Below, one piece after another: positions 37,328 through 50,345 of a stretch of DNA of 60,480 nucleotides. Position numbers and translations under genes: made by a program. Numbering within the stretch: the first letter of the stretch is position 1; each line of letters starts with the position of its first letter. The notes under the pieces were generated by a model. That model was not told where the DNA came from and searched no databases. It saw only the letters and a program-made list of their open reading frames with translations. Source of the DNA: Fibrobacteria bacterium. Lineage in GTDB: Bacteria; Fibrobacterota; Fibrobacteria; UBA11236. Location: positions 1-60,480 of the forward strand of contig JBJHDK010000007.1 of the NCBI GenBank assembly GCA_050486505.1, written 5' to 3'.

Positions 37328-40300
37328 TTCCCGTTCTTCGCGTCCTGTCCCACCACTCTCCCCAGAAGAAGTGATTGTAGTTCAAGCCGACCTTGCGCTC
37401 GATTTCCTCCTCGCGCGGATCATTACGTCGCCGCGGACGCGTCTGCACCGAGGCGACCACGCGCAGGTTGTCGCGCAACCGGTTGTTCCAGGTTTCATCG
37501 CGCGCCAGGTTTTCCACGGGGGGCCGCCACTCAATGGCGAGCATGCGTTCCCAAGGGTTCGACAGGTCCTGCGACTCGACGTGGTACCCTCCCCGCAACT
37601 GCAGGCGCAGGCGCAAATATTCGCGGCTCGTCAATCCGATGCTGACCGGCTCGCCCAGCGTGTCGGCATAGGATTGCTCGCGCGACAAGGCCCCGAGTCC
37701 GGTGATGTCGACGCGCTCGATCCATCCTGCCGTGATCTGCTCTGCGCCGCGGGTGAACAGGCGGCTGGCCTGGGGCTCGAGCAGGCTGAGTGCGGCTTCC
37801 CCGTAGCGGGCCTCGCCCGTGGCGAAGGACGGGTCGTAACACCCGCGCTGCATCGAGTAGAGCAGGGCCGTGACGCTCGCACCCGCGCCGAAGGCTCCGC
37901 CGCAGTCGCTGTCGTACGAGAACTGCATGTCGTCGAGCTCCCCGTCGAGGCGCGCGATGACCGTGCAGGTGGCGTCCGCGGTTTCGCGCGTGGGGCGGCA
38001 TGAGGCCGCCAGCGTGCGCCGGCCCTCGAAGGCGATCACGCCCTCCTCGACGGGGGCGTTCAGCCAGCGCACTTCGAGTTCGCGGATCGTGTACGCCTGA
38101 CGCTCGAGGCCGAAGCTTCCCTCCAGTGCATTCACGCGTCCGTTGAGCAAGGTGAACGGGCCACCCCCGCGCGCCTCGATGTCGCCGGTCCAGGTGAGGC
38201 GCAGCGCGTCGGTGTCGATGCGGTTGTTGGTGCCGATCGTCTGCAGCCTGATGTTCATGCGCGGCAGGGTGCTTTGGTCGCGCCCGCGCTGACCCGCCCC
38301 GCTGCGCTGCCGCCGGTCGCCGCGCACGAGGCGCTGGATGTCGCCGAAGCTGCGCAGGCGATAGCGCACCAGCGACTCGTTGAGCGTTGCCGAGAGGTTG
38401 AGCATGCCGGGGTTTCCGTCGCGGGCGGCCGTCCCCGCGGGGACTCCCGCAGCGCGCGCACCGTTCGCGGGCTGGTCGAAGTCGAAGCGCAGGTTGGTCA
38501 CGCGTCCTTCCGCGCGCAACGGCGGGTCGGCGAAGCGCACGAGTCCCTCGCCTACGGTTCCCTCCGCGCGCATGCCGGTCGAGTCCATGCGGAAACGCAG
38601 ATCGATGGTGCGCAGGTCGGCGCGCGCGTCGTCGCCCCATTGCGCGAGAAAGCGCGCCCCGGCAGCCCGGGCTTCGAGGGAGTTGTCGGCGAACACGTAG
38701 GCGGCGTTGCCGTCGAGCGTCTGCCCCTCGTCGTTCACGATGCGCAGGGCGGGGACACGCAGCGCGCCGTCGCGCAGCACGGCATCGAGCGAGAAGCGTT
38801 GCGCGGGAAGTCCGGGTAGCACGTAGAGCCCCCCGAACGTGCGCGTTCCCAGGGTGCCCCCCCCGATCACATCCCCGAACGGCAGGTCGAACTCCAGTTC
38901 CGCCGCGAACTCCTCGATGGCGCCGGCTCCGTCGGGAAGATCGGCGCGTCCCTCCGCCGTCAAGGTTCCCCGCAGCGACGCGAAGTCCCGCATGACACCC
39001 GTGAGTTCGGCGCGCATGCCATCGGCCGTCGCGACCAGTCGCACAGTCTGCGAATCCGCGAGCGCGCCGGTGAGTGAGGCCTCGATGCCGGCATTGAGAA
39101 GCGGAGTGGACGGCGAAAGCGTGCGGGCCGTGACGCGCAGGGTGTCGCCGAATCCCTGCAGCATCAATTCCTCCAGCGTGATGTTTCCCGTGGGCACGCG
39201 CTGCCTCACGTCGCGGGCCTCCAGCTCCCCGCCGAAGCCGGCGGAGTCGGACCAGTCGAAACGGCCTTCGAGCACGCCCGAGGCGAGGGGGGAATCGTTC
39301 AGGAAGATCGACAGGATGTCGGCGACGTCGAGCCGGGGGATCTCGAGCCCGAGGGATGCGATGTCACCGGGCTTGATTCCGGTGATCTCGTGGATGCGCC
39401 TGCCGTCGATGCGCAGCATCGCGTGCATGGCCGCCTCGGAGCCGCGTCCCTCGACACGAAGCGGCGCGACGATGAGATGCTCCGGATTCCAGTGTCCGGC
39501 GAGGGAGCCTCGCAGAAGGTCACCTTCATGGCGCGCCTCGACATGCACGTCGACGCGGCCGGAGTTTCCGGAATCGTCCCATGCAAAGGACGCCTGGACC
39601 ACGGGGTCGTCGACGGGCAGGATTTCCGCCGGATCGAAAGGGAGGCCTTCGGGGAGAATGTCTTCAAGGAGGGCGAAGACGGTGGAGACGTCGAGGCGGG
39701 GGACTTCCAGGGCGGCTCGCGTGATTTCGTCGATCGTGACTCCGGACAGGTCGAAGAACTCGCGGCCGTGCAGGCGTACCGTCGCGGCCGCGTTGAGCTC
39801 GGACCCCCGCCATCCCGCCGAGGCCGTTCGCACGGTGAGGGTTTCGGGATCCCACACGGCATCGACGCGCGCATCCACGGGATCCCCGTCGTACCTCGCA
39901 CGCGCCGCGACGTCGGCCTCTCCGGACGACAGCGTGCGGTTCCAGCGGAATGTTCCGGAGATGACGGGATCCACAACAGGCAGGCTGTCGAGCGCCTCAT
40001 GGGGAAGCCCCACGGGCCGGAATGCATCAGCCTCGACTTCCATGGTCCCGTCGGGATGTTGCGCGTAGCGCACGCTTCCGTGCGCCGGACTTCCCAGCGT
40101 GAATGACAGGGCCGGCCCCGAGCCTTCGGGAGCGGGGAGATCGACACGCCCCGAGGCCTCCCATGCGATGCCGCGCGCATGCAGCATGGAGGGGCGCAGC
40201 ACGTAGCCTTGCGGGCCGTACGCGTGCAGGGATCGCAGCGAGTCGATTGCGACATCCCATGCGACCACTTCCTCGGCGTCGAGGGAAGCCTCGATGTTCG

Positions 40301-41663
40301 GGCCATTCACCACCCCGCGCACGCGCAGACCGTCGAAGGTGATCGATTCCCCGGTGAACACGCGCAGCCAGCGCTCCTCGGGATCGATGTCCGCGGCGAA
40401 GGAGGCGTGCCATTCGTTCGTGGCGGGGTCGGACCTTCCGTCCGCCTCGATGCGCGACAGGTCACCGGTCACCAGGCGCACCGCAAGTTCTCGGCCGTCC
40501 CAGTCCGCGCGTTCGATCACGGCATCGGCGGCGCGCAACGTGTCGCGAACATTCACCATGAGGTTGCGCGCGTGCCCCCGCACGGTGAGGGTCGCTCTTT
40601 CCCAGGGTGCGACGGAGTCGCGGTCTTCGGGGATGTTGAGCAGGCGGGCATCCGCCGCGAGGAGGACATCCTCTCCTTCCTCTCCACGGCTTTGCAGGCG
40701 CAGGTTCCCCCCCTTGCCCCTCCAGTCGAGAACCGCCTCCAGGGCCTGCGGGCCGAGGGTCAGTTGTTCCGTGACGACCCAGGAATCGGCTTTCGCCCTG
40801 ATCCGCACACGGGCCTGCGTCACTTCGCCGGGCCGGGCCGAACCGTCCAACCGCAGTCCCGTGATGCGCGGCAGGTTGTCGTCCGCGATGCCGAGGGCCG
40901 CGAGCCAGGGCGAAAGATCGGCGATTTCCGCGGTCACGCTGTCGCGCCCCTGGCGCAGGTCGTCCTTGGCGTGGCGCGCGAACAGGCGCAACCTGTCTTC
41001 GCCGCGTTCGACTTCGCCCCGCAGCGTCACGGAATCGGCGCGACCCCAGTCGAGTCCCACGCGCACGTCGGCGGGAAGGTGCGCGTTCCAGCGGGTGACG
41101 ATGGCGTCCGCGTCGAGCCTTGCGCGGATGCCGCCGGGGGATACAAGGCGGATGTCGCGCGCGCCTGCGAGATGCCCGGAGTCATCCACGACCTGAAGTG
41201 CGGCGAGACTCACGTCCACGCCCAGGGGGATGCTGAAGTCGGGGAATGCGGGGGGCCCCTTCGTGGCCGCGTCTTCGTCAGGGAGCGCGGTAGCGTCGAT
41301 CGTGTCGCGCGCGAGCAGCCGCGCGTGGAGGCTGTCAGACTTGACGCGCGCGGAAGGATTGAGGTTGCGGATGCCGCCGATCCAGTCGATGGCGGCGTCG
41401 GTGGCGCCGAGGCGCACCTCCGCGGCGGGCCCGCGATACCACAGGGAATCGGCGCGCACGTTGAGGCGCCAGCTGACTTCGGCGCCGTGGACGCGGACGA
41501 TGTGCTCGCCATCGTCGCCGAAACGAAGCTCGCGTTGCAGGTACGAGTTTTCGACCCACCACAGGCCGATCCAGACGGCGAGGACGAAGAGGATGACGGG
41601 AACAAAGAGAATCCCCGAAGACCAAAGCGCCACGAGGCCCGCGATTCTACCGCGCCGTCCCAT
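37317..41663 (-). CDS. tamB: TamB/AsmA-like translocation-assembly protein
   Basis: 1448 aa, N-terminal TM anchor, long amphipathic beta repeats, coupled to an Omp85 gene. Confidence 0.75.
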   Translation of the reverse strand: MGRRGRIAGLVALWSSGILFVPVILFVLAVWIGLWWVENSYLQRELRFGDDGEHIVRVHGAEVSWRLNVRADSLWYRGPAAEVRLGATDAAIDWIGGIRNLNPSARVKSDSLHARLLARDTIDATALPDEDAATKGPPAFPDFSIPLGVDVSLAALQVVDDSGHLAGARDIRLVSPGGIRARLDADAIVTRWNAHLPADVRVGLDWGRADSVTLRGEVERGEDRLRLFARHAKDDLRQGRDSVTAEIADLSPWLAALGIADDNLPRITGLRLDGSARPGEVTQARVRIRAKADSWVVTEQLTLGPQALEAVLDWRGKGGNLRLQSRGEEGEDVLLAADARLLNIPEDRDSVAPWERATLTVRGHARNLMVNVRDTLRAADAVIERADWDGRELAVRLVTGDLSRIEADGRSDPATNEWHASFAADIDPEERWLRVFTGESITFDGLRVRGVVNGPNIEASLDAEEVVAWDVAIDSLRSLHAYGPQGYVLRPSMLHARGIAWEASGRVDLPAPEGSGPALSFTLGSPAHGSVRYAQHPDGTMEVEADAFRPVGLPHEALDSLPVVDPVISGTFRWNRTLSSGEADVAARARYDGDPVDARVDAVWDPETLTVRTASAGWRGSELNAAATVRLHGREFFDLSGVTIDEITRAALEVPRLDVSTVFALLEDILPEGLPFDPAEILPVDDPVVQASFAWDDSGNSGRVDVHVEARHEGDLLRGSLAGHWNPEHLIVAPLRVEGRGSEAAMHAMLRIDGRRIHEITGIKPGDIASLGLEIPRLDVADILSIFLNDSPLASGVLEGRFDWSDSAGFGGELEARDVRQRVPTGNITLEELMLQGFGDTLRVTARTLSPSTPLLNAGIEASLTGALADSQTVRLVATADGMRAELTGVMRDFASLRGTLTAEGRADLPDGAGAIEEFAAELEFDLPFGDVIGGGTLGTRTFGGLYVLPGLPAQRFSLDAVLRDGALRVPALRIVNDEGQTLDGNAAYVFADNSLEARAAGARFLAQWGDDARADLRTIDLRFRMDSTGMRAEGTVGEGLVRFADPPLRAEGRVTNLRFDFDQPANGARAAGVPAGTAARDGNPGMLNLSATLNESLVRYRLRSFGDIQRLVRGDRRQRSGAGQRGRDQSTLPRMNIRLQTIGTNNRIDTDALRLTWTGDIEARGGGPFTLLNGRVNALEGSFGLERQAYTIRELEVRWLNAPVEEGVIAFEGRRTLAASCRPTRETADATCTVIARLDGELDDMQFSYDSDCGGAFGAGASVTALLYSMQRGCYDPSFATGEARYGEAALSLLEPQASRLFTRGAEQITAGWIERVDITGLGALSREQSYADTLGEPVSIGLTSREYLRLRLQLRGGYHVESQDLSNPWERMLAIEWRPPVENLARDETWNNRLRDNLRVVASVQTRPRRRNDPREEEIERKVGLNYNHFFWGEWWDRTRRTGSDE

Positions 41664-41855
41664 GTGCCTTTTTCGTCCGGTTTTCGGTGTCGTGGATCCG
41701 CCGTGCCATATGGGAAAAGTCCATAATTCGGCGCGGTTTTACGAGTTACGGGGCTTGATACGACTCAAGGTGGCGGAAAAACCGGCCGGATCCGCATTGA
41801 AAGCGAAGAGGCCCGGCGGAGTCATTTCATCCGGCAATCAGGGAAAGGCCTTTGC

Positions 41856-43091
41856 TTACGAAACCTTGCCGCCCGCCAGGGAGAGAAGGCTGTGGAAAAG
41901 CACGTTCGCGCCCTTCTCCACGTCGTCCCAGTGGCTCCATTCATCCGCCGCGTGGCTCACGCCGTTTTTGCTCGGAATGAAGATCAGCCCCGAGGGCGTG
42001 ATGTCGCTGAAGAATTGCGTGTCGTGCCCCGCGCCGCTGGGCATGCGCATGTGGCTGTAGCCGAGCGACTCCGCCGTGCGCTCGATGAGGTCGGCCACGC
42101 CCGCATCGCAGGGCTTGGGCCCGAGCCAGCTCATCTCGGTGTATTCGAACTTCAGGCGATGCTTGCGCGCGATCGACGACAGCACGCGACGGCAGGCCGA
42201 GGCGATTTGCTTCATGACGTTTTCATCCAGGTCGCGCCCCACCAAGGTGAAGTCCGCCTCGCCGGGGACGGTGTGGGGATAGCCGGGCTTCAGCGCCACC
42301 TGGCCGACCGTCAGCCGGCTGCGATCGGTCCCCTCCTCGTCCAGAATGCGCGAGATCTCGTGCGCGAAATCGACGAGGCCCATGAAGGCGTCGCTGCGCA
42401 TGTGCATGGGCGCCGTGCCCGCATGGTCGGCCTTGCCGATGAGCCGCACCAGCCATTTGAAGACGCCCGAGATCCCTTCGACCACGCCGATGGTCTTGCG
42501 CTCAGCCTCGAGTACGGGCCCCTGCTCGATGTGCAGCTCGAGAAACGCGCGCACCGAATCGGGATGCTTGCGCGCATGCAGGGCGTCATGTGGGTCGAGC
42601 CCCTGCTTCTTCATCGCGTCCGTCAGGGACTCTCCCGCGGCATCCTTCGCCGTCAGCAGCCAGTCGAGCGTGAGCGCGCCCGTGAGCGCCTGCGCCCCCA
42701 GCATGCCGCCGAAGCGCCCTTCCTCTTCGCTGGTTGCGATGATTTCGACCGGGTGTTCCAGAACGATGCTGCGCTCGCGAATGACGCGAATGCATTCGAG
42801 CCCGGCCATCACGCCCAGGGTGCCGTCGAACATGCCGCCGCAGGGCACCGAGTCGAGGTGTGATCCGATGATCACCGCAGCACCCTCGGCGGGCCCGAAG
42901 CGCCCGATGACGTTGCCGGCGCCGTCCATGCGCGCGGTCATGCCGTTTTCTTCGAAGCGCTCCATCAGCCAGCGGCGGGCTTGCATGTCGACGTCGGTGA
43001 AGCCCTGGCGGTAGATGCCGCGGTCCTCGGGGTTGTAGCCGAACTCGGCGAGGGCGTACAGGTCTTTTTCGATGCGGTCGACGTGGATCAC
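41856..43091 (-). CDS. M20 Zn-dependent hydrolase (allantoate / N-carbamoyl-amino-acid amidohydrolase)
   Basis: GSHLDSVP.GG.FDG, EEEGRF, ELHIEQGP, HAGTAPM, SGAGHD; GGAGG RBS before GTG 43091. Confidence 0.92.
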   Translation of the reverse strand: MIHVDRIEKDLYALAEFGYNPEDRGIYRQGFTDVDMQARRWLMERFEENGMTARMDGAGNVIGRFGPAEGAAVIIGSHLDSVPCGGMFDGTLGVMAGLECIRVIRERSIVLEHPVEIIATSEEEGRFGGMLGAQALTGALTLDWLLTAKDAAGESLTDAMKKQGLDPHDALHARKHPDSVRAFLELHIEQGPVLEAERKTIGVVEGISGVFKWLVRLIGKADHAGTAPMHMRSDAFMGLVDFAHEISRILDEEGTDRSRLTVGQVALKPGYPHTVPGEADFTLVGRDLDENVMKQIASACRRVLSSIARKHRLKFEYTEMSWLGPKPCDAGVADLIERTAESLGYSHMRMPSGAGHDTQFFSDITPSGLIFIPSKNGVSHAADEWSHWDDVEKGANVLFHSLLSLAGGKVS

Positions 43092-43109
43092 GATTTTGCC
43101 TCCCGGGGA

Positions 43110-43165
43110 CAATAGAACAATGCAACAATAGAGCAATAGAACAATGGGGCAACGCAGTAAAACAG
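43110..43165. repeat. 8-bp tandem repeat, same family as 14419-14553
   Basis: CAATAGAA CAATGCAA CAATAGAG CAATAGAA CAATGGGG ... Confidence 0.75.
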
Positions 43166-43237
43166 AAATGGGGAAGGATGGGGGGACTGTGCCCGGGCGC
43201 GGCGGTGGAGGGGGATAGGGGCCACCAGAAATCAAAA

Positions 43238-43305
43238 AGGGCGAGCAGCGGCTCGCCCCTACGGTTCCCGATGGTCAAACAGGACGACTCGCCGAGTCGC
43301 CCCGA

Positions 43306-43306
<1 letters not shown>
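43238..43306. repeat. Two degenerate GTAG-REP hairpins after clpB
   Basis: GGGCGAGCAGCGGCTCGCCCCTAC and GACGACTCGCCGAGTCGCCCCGAC. Confidence 0.6.
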
Positions 43307-46014
<2,708 letters not shown>

Positions 46015-46353
46015 GGGGTCAAGGAAAAAGCAAACGGGGTGCCGCGAGTTAGCCGGGAACCGGAAGCGCCAGGCTGGCCTGAATGCCCGGAATTCCGGGA
46101 TCGGGTCTTGCGCGGTGCTTCATCCTGAAACATATCGCGAAACGTGAAATACGGCATTGCAACCGCGGGAAGACGGGCATTGGGGGCCCCTCCCGGTGAC
46201 CCCCTGTCCGGGGCCGGGGGTGCGAATGGTATTTCCCCGACACTTTGAAAAGACATCGTACATGCGAAAACGGAAAGAAAAGGAGGTTTTCAGGTGCGAT
46301 GTGATTGGGTTGGCGATAGATTAACCGCTCACCCCGACCGGTTGCCGGCTTTG

Positions 46354-47712
46354 ATGATTTCAACGACCCACTTCCTTCGTGCCTTCCTCCTCGCGCTCGG
46401 GGCCGGCTCCGCCGTCGCGGTGGCCCAACCCGAGGGGCTGCTGTGGAACGAGTTCACTCCGCGACTGACCATCGACGCCGGGCACATTGTACGCGGGGAG
46501 TACGGCAACGAGTTGAAGCTTTATCCGCTCAATCGCAGTACGGTGATTCTCGAACAAGGGGCCACGTACGAGAATTGGGAGTTTGGCGCCGGGTTTCGCA
46601 GCGTGGTGTGGTGGCCGTTTCCGGGGGGGAACGATCCCTTGCGCCGCAACTTGCGCGGCATGGCTCAGCTTTCGCAATTGCAGGCCAGGTACACCTTTGA
46701 AAGCGAGGCGACCCCGGGGTTTTTTCGCTTCGGGTTTTTTCCGTACAAATACAACCCCGACGCGAAAAACCTGGGCGAATACCTCTACCGTTCAGGAACC
46801 TATCCCGGGGTGGTACAGAACACCGACGGCTACCATCTGATCGATCACGCGCTGTATGAGGGGTACGGCTTGCAGGCTAGCTTCAGCCGCTTCGGGGGAC
46901 GGTTGCACCACACCTTCAGCCTGTTCTCGGAGCAGACGACCATCCCGGTAGGCGACTTTTCGCCCGCGTACGATTTCGTATTTCGGCAAGGGGTGTTCGA
47001 ACTCGGTGGGGGCGCGGTGCTCAACCGGTTCATCACGACTCAGGAGAAGCAACTCGCCCCGCGGACGCTCGAGAACGCCTACGTCTACGTCGATTCGGCC
47101 GGGGTCCGCGTGTACGAGGGCCCTTACGGCGCCTCTCCCCAGAAGAACGCGATCCAGACGGGCCTGGATCCGGCCATCACGTACGAGGCAGAATATTGGA
47201 CCAAGCGCGGTGTGAAGCTGATGGTTCGTGGAGCGGTCGATTTCGGTTTCATGCTGCCGGAAGAGTTCCGTGGTCCCGACGACCTGCGACTCTACGCGGA
47301 GGCAGCGCTTCTCGGAGTTGAGGATCAACCTTATTACTACGAAGACTGGAAGCGCCGCGCGCCTGTGATGGCCGGAATCAATTTGCCGACGTTTCGCCTT
47401 GTTGATGTTTTGGCCGTGGAGGCGGAGTATTACGCCTCCCGGTTCAGCAACAACTTTTCTTACCAGGATCAGGGGTATCCGCGGTGGGGACGTCCCTACA
47501 GCCAGACCTACGTGAGCGGGCGTTCGAGTCGCGACAATTGGAAGTGGTCGGTGTACGGCAAAAAAACCGTTAACCGTCTCCTGCGCGTGCATGCCCAGGT
47601 GGCCAACGATCATTTACGCTTACCCGAATTTACCGGCAATGTGAGTGCGACGGAGTTGACCAATACTCCGGAACACTGGTACTACGTGCTGCGCCTTGAA
47701 GGCGGATTCTGA
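46354..47712 (+). CDS. Uncharacterised outer-membrane beta-barrel paralogue 4
   Basis: Signal peptide; YNPDAKNLGEYLYRSGTYPG, DLRLYAE, DNWKWS, QVANDH; ends RLEGGF. Confidence 0.8.
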   Translation: MISTTHFLRAFLLALGAGSAVAVAQPEGLLWNEFTPRLTIDAGHIVRGEYGNELKLYPLNRSTVILEQGATYENWEFGAGFRSVVWWPFPGGNDPLRRNLRGMAQLSQLQARYTFESEATPGFFRFGFFPYKYNPDAKNLGEYLYRSGTYPGVVQNTDGYHLIDHALYEGYGLQASFSRFGGRLHHTFSLFSEQTTIPVGDFSPAYDFVFRQGVFELGGGAVLNRFITTQEKQLAPRTLENAYVYVDSAGVRVYEGPYGASPQKNAIQTGLDPAITYEAEYWTKRGVKLMVRGAVDFGFMLPEEFRGPDDLRLYAEAALLGVEDQPYYYEDWKRRAPVMAGINLPTFRLVDVLAVEAEYYASRFSNNFSYQDQGYPRWGRPYSQTYVSGRSSRDNWKWSVYGKKTVNRLLRVHAQVANDHLRLPEFTGNVSATELTNTPEHWYYVLRLEGGF

Positions 47713-47731
47713 CAGGCGACGAGGAGATGCC

Positions 47732-49165
47732 ATGAACATATTCGATCCTGCATCCATCCGGCGGGCGGCGGTGTCCGCCCTTGCGTGCATCACCGTGGCC
47801 ACAGCCCTGCCCGTCTCCGCCCAGGACGGCGACGTGATTCGCCATAACCTCGCCATTCGCACCTTCATGGACATCGGCCATATCGTCGATGGAACGATTC
47901 CTGAGCCCTATTGGCAAACGGCAGGACAGTCGGGGCCCGACGTGAGCATGCTCCCCCTCAACCGGGCCAATGTCTCCGTGGTACAGTCGGTCGCCGTCGA
48001 TAATTTCGATGTCCTGGTGGGGATTTCGGGGCTGATCTGGTGGCCCTACGGCGGCGGCGTTAGCAACGCTAGTGAGCGCGCCATGAACGTACGGCCGATG
48101 ATTCCGGTGGCGCGCGCGCGCTGGCGTTTCGGTGATGCGGAAACGAACTCCGGCGCCTTTTTGCTGGGAACCTTCAGCCACAAGTACAACCCGGACGCGC
48201 GCAACCTTGGTGAATATCTCTATCGCTCGGGCACGTACCCTGGTTATCTGTGGACCAACGAGGGTTGGCTGCTCATGAACCGGGCCGCGCACCGTGCTTA
48301 CGGGGGTCTGCTGACACTGTCGCATTTCGGCGGTGCCTTCACGCAGAACTTCTCCCTGTTCATGCAGACGAATTACCACCCCGTGGGCGACTTCTCCCCG
48401 GGTTATGACTTCGGCTATAAGCACCCTTGGTTCGAGGTGGGGGGCGGCGTGGTATTGAACCAGTATCTTGCGATGCGTCCTAGCTTCCACACACCGAAGG
48501 CCGACGAGAACACTTACATCCGCGTCACGGACACCTCCACGAACACGGTGGAGTATGTTGGCCCCAAAGATCGGCAGAATGCGGGTTTCGGGCCGAACAG
48601 TGCGACGGAAGTCCTTCACCGCTGGACCCAGAAGGGCATCAAGGTGATGGGGCGCGCAGCGCTCAACCTGAACAGCCTGTTGCCCGAGGAAATCCGCAAT
48701 CCCGAGGACTTGCGGGTCTTCGCCGAAATCGCCCTGCTGGGGGTCGAGAATCAGGACCTGTTCTATGAGGATCCTGTGGAACGCATGCCGATCATGTTCG
48801 GTATCAATCTGCCGACCTATCGATGGCTCGACCTTCTCTCGGTTCAGGTCGAATACCAGAAGGCGCGCTTCAACAACTTCGAGATCTACAATACCCAAGG
48901 TCTTCCCGTCTGGACTACGGATTTCGAACAGGATTCGAATGATCCGGTTCGTCTGGTTCCGGTCGCGGACCTGAAACCCGAAGACAACTGGAAGTGGTCG
49001 GTGCATGCGAAGAAGACGGTGAACCCGGTGATGACGGTGTATGCCCAGGCAGCGAGCGATCACTTCCGTCTCACCGATGGCTCGTTGCGCGCCAGCAATG
49101 TGCCGGTCACGAGCAAACCCTCGGAGTGGTACTATTTGATGCGCTTGGAGTTCACATTGCGTTGA
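47732..49165 (+). CDS. Uncharacterised outer-membrane beta-barrel paralogue 5
   Basis: GAGGAG RBS; signal peptide; YNPDARNLGEYLYRSGTYPG, DNWKWS, QAASDH, PSEWYY. Confidence 0.8.
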   Translation: MNIFDPASIRRAAVSALACITVATALPVSAQDGDVIRHNLAIRTFMDIGHIVDGTIPEPYWQTAGQSGPDVSMLPLNRANVSVVQSVAVDNFDVLVGISGLIWWPYGGGVSNASERAMNVRPMIPVARARWRFGDAETNSGAFLLGTFSHKYNPDARNLGEYLYRSGTYPGYLWTNEGWLLMNRAAHRAYGGLLTLSHFGGAFTQNFSLFMQTNYHPVGDFSPGYDFGYKHPWFEVGGGVVLNQYLAMRPSFHTPKADENTYIRVTDTSTNTVEYVGPKDRQNAGFGPNSATEVLHRWTQKGIKVMGRAALNLNSLLPEEIRNPEDLRVFAEIALLGVENQDLFYEDPVERMPIMFGINLPTYRWLDLLSVQVEYQKARFNNFEIYNTQGLPVWTTDFEQDSNDPVRLVPVADLKPEDNWKWSVHAKKTVNPVMTVYAQAASDHFRLTDGSLRASNVPVTSKPSEWYYLMRLEFTLR

Positions 49166-49189
49166 GGCGCAACCGCAAGGAGAATGAAC

Positions 49190-50290
49190 ATGCAAAAAAC
49201 ATCTAAGGTTGTTCGCGCTGCCGCCGTGCTCGCGCTCTTCGCCACCGGCTCCCATGCACTCGTCACCCCCAACGAGACGAGTCGGCTCAAGGACAAGCGC
49301 ATCCTCATTATCAACGGGCCGCATACAAGCCATGCGGATACGCGCGCGGCGATGACGACCAAACTGAACCAGATCTGGACGGCGGTCGGCGTGCAGCCAT
49401 CCCAGGTGACCACGACGGTACAGCCCCCCAACAATCTCGCGGCGCTCATGCCATACGACATCATCATTTTTAATTACTGGTTCAACAACGAGAACAGCAG
49501 TTTCGCAGCTTTCCATTCCGCGTTTCGCCAGTGGGTCGAGATGGGGCCGAACGAGAACGGCAACAAGGGCTGGGTGGGCATGCATACCTCGGGCGCGACT
49601 CGTCCTGAATGGAAATGGTTTCGGGACAGTGTCAGTTCGATGCAGTACATCGTGCATACCGCAGCCGCCCAGAGCGGTACGGTGCACCGCAATGACACGT
49701 CCGCGGTCCCGCTTGACCCTCGCATCATGGAAGGGTTGCCGACGAGCTTTACGGGATCGGATGAGTGGTATGAATACGGCAAGAGCCCGTTCACCTGGCC
49801 CGATGTGCGGGTGATGTACTATCTGAACGAGGCGAGCCTGAGCAATCCCATTTCCGCCCACTTCAGCCCCCATCCCATGGCATGGTATCGTGAAGAGCCG
49901 AACAACAAGACGCGTTTCTTTTTCACACCCATGATTCATGCTCCTGCGGGGGTGAACAGCCAGCAGGGCAACGACTTTTTCCCCAGCCTTATTTTGAGGG
50001 CTTTGGAGTGGGTGGCGAACTATACGGACACATCCTCTTCGATCTTCCTGAACGGTCGCATCTTGCGCAACGCGGAGCAGGCCATCCACATCAACGGAGG
50101 CAACCTCGAGATCCGCGCCGAAGGGGCCTGGCGTCTCGAAGTCCGTTCATTGCAGGGGCGGGTTCTTTATCGCACGAGTGGCACGGGCACCCAGACCCAT
50201 CGCCCCGCAGCATTCCAGAAACCCGGAATGTACGTGGTGCGGGTTTCCTCGCCGCAAGGGAATTTCACCCAGCGGGTGATGGTTCAGTAG
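49190..50290 (+). CDS. Secreted ThuA-domain protein with T9SS-like C-terminal domain
   Basis: Signal peptide; YDIIIF, GWVGMH, LPTSF..SDEWY, HPMAW, RFFFTPMIH; tail RSLQGRVL...PGMYVVRV. Confidence 0.78.
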   Translation: MQKTSKVVRAAAVLALFATGSHALVTPNETSRLKDKRILIINGPHTSHADTRAAMTTKLNQIWTAVGVQPSQVTTTVQPPNNLAALMPYDIIIFNYWFNNENSSFAAFHSAFRQWVEMGPNENGNKGWVGMHTSGATRPEWKWFRDSVSSMQYIVHTAAAQSGTVHRNDTSAVPLDPRIMEGLPTSFTGSDEWYEYGKSPFTWPDVRVMYYLNEASLSNPISAHFSPHPMAWYREEPNNKTRFFFTPMIHAPAGVNSQQGNDFFPSLILRALEWVANYTDTSSSIFLNGRILRNAEQAIHINGGNLEIRAEGAWRLEVRSLQGRVLYRTSGTGTQTHRPAAFQKPGMYVVRVSSPQGNFTQRVMVQ

Positions 50291-50320
50291 GGGCGAATGA
50301 TTATTCGCCCCTACTGAACC
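50281..50320. repeat. GTAG-type REP overlapping the ThuA stop codon
   Basis: GGTTCAGTAGGGGCGAAT-GATT-ATTCGCCCCTACTGAACC (18-bp arms). Confidence 0.88.
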
Positions 50321-50345
50321 CCCGACTCCTACCCCCTGCCTTTTC

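Noticed and set aside
46015..46353. CIRCE element or riboswitch in the clpB/barrel spacer
   Set aside because: No TTAGCACTC-N9-GAGTGCTAA and no convincing aptamer core by eye; an Rfam scan would settle it
47630..50089. 819-aa minus-strand ORF
   Set aside because: Antisense to barrel paralogue 5 and the ThuA gene, which have RBS, signal peptides and family motifs
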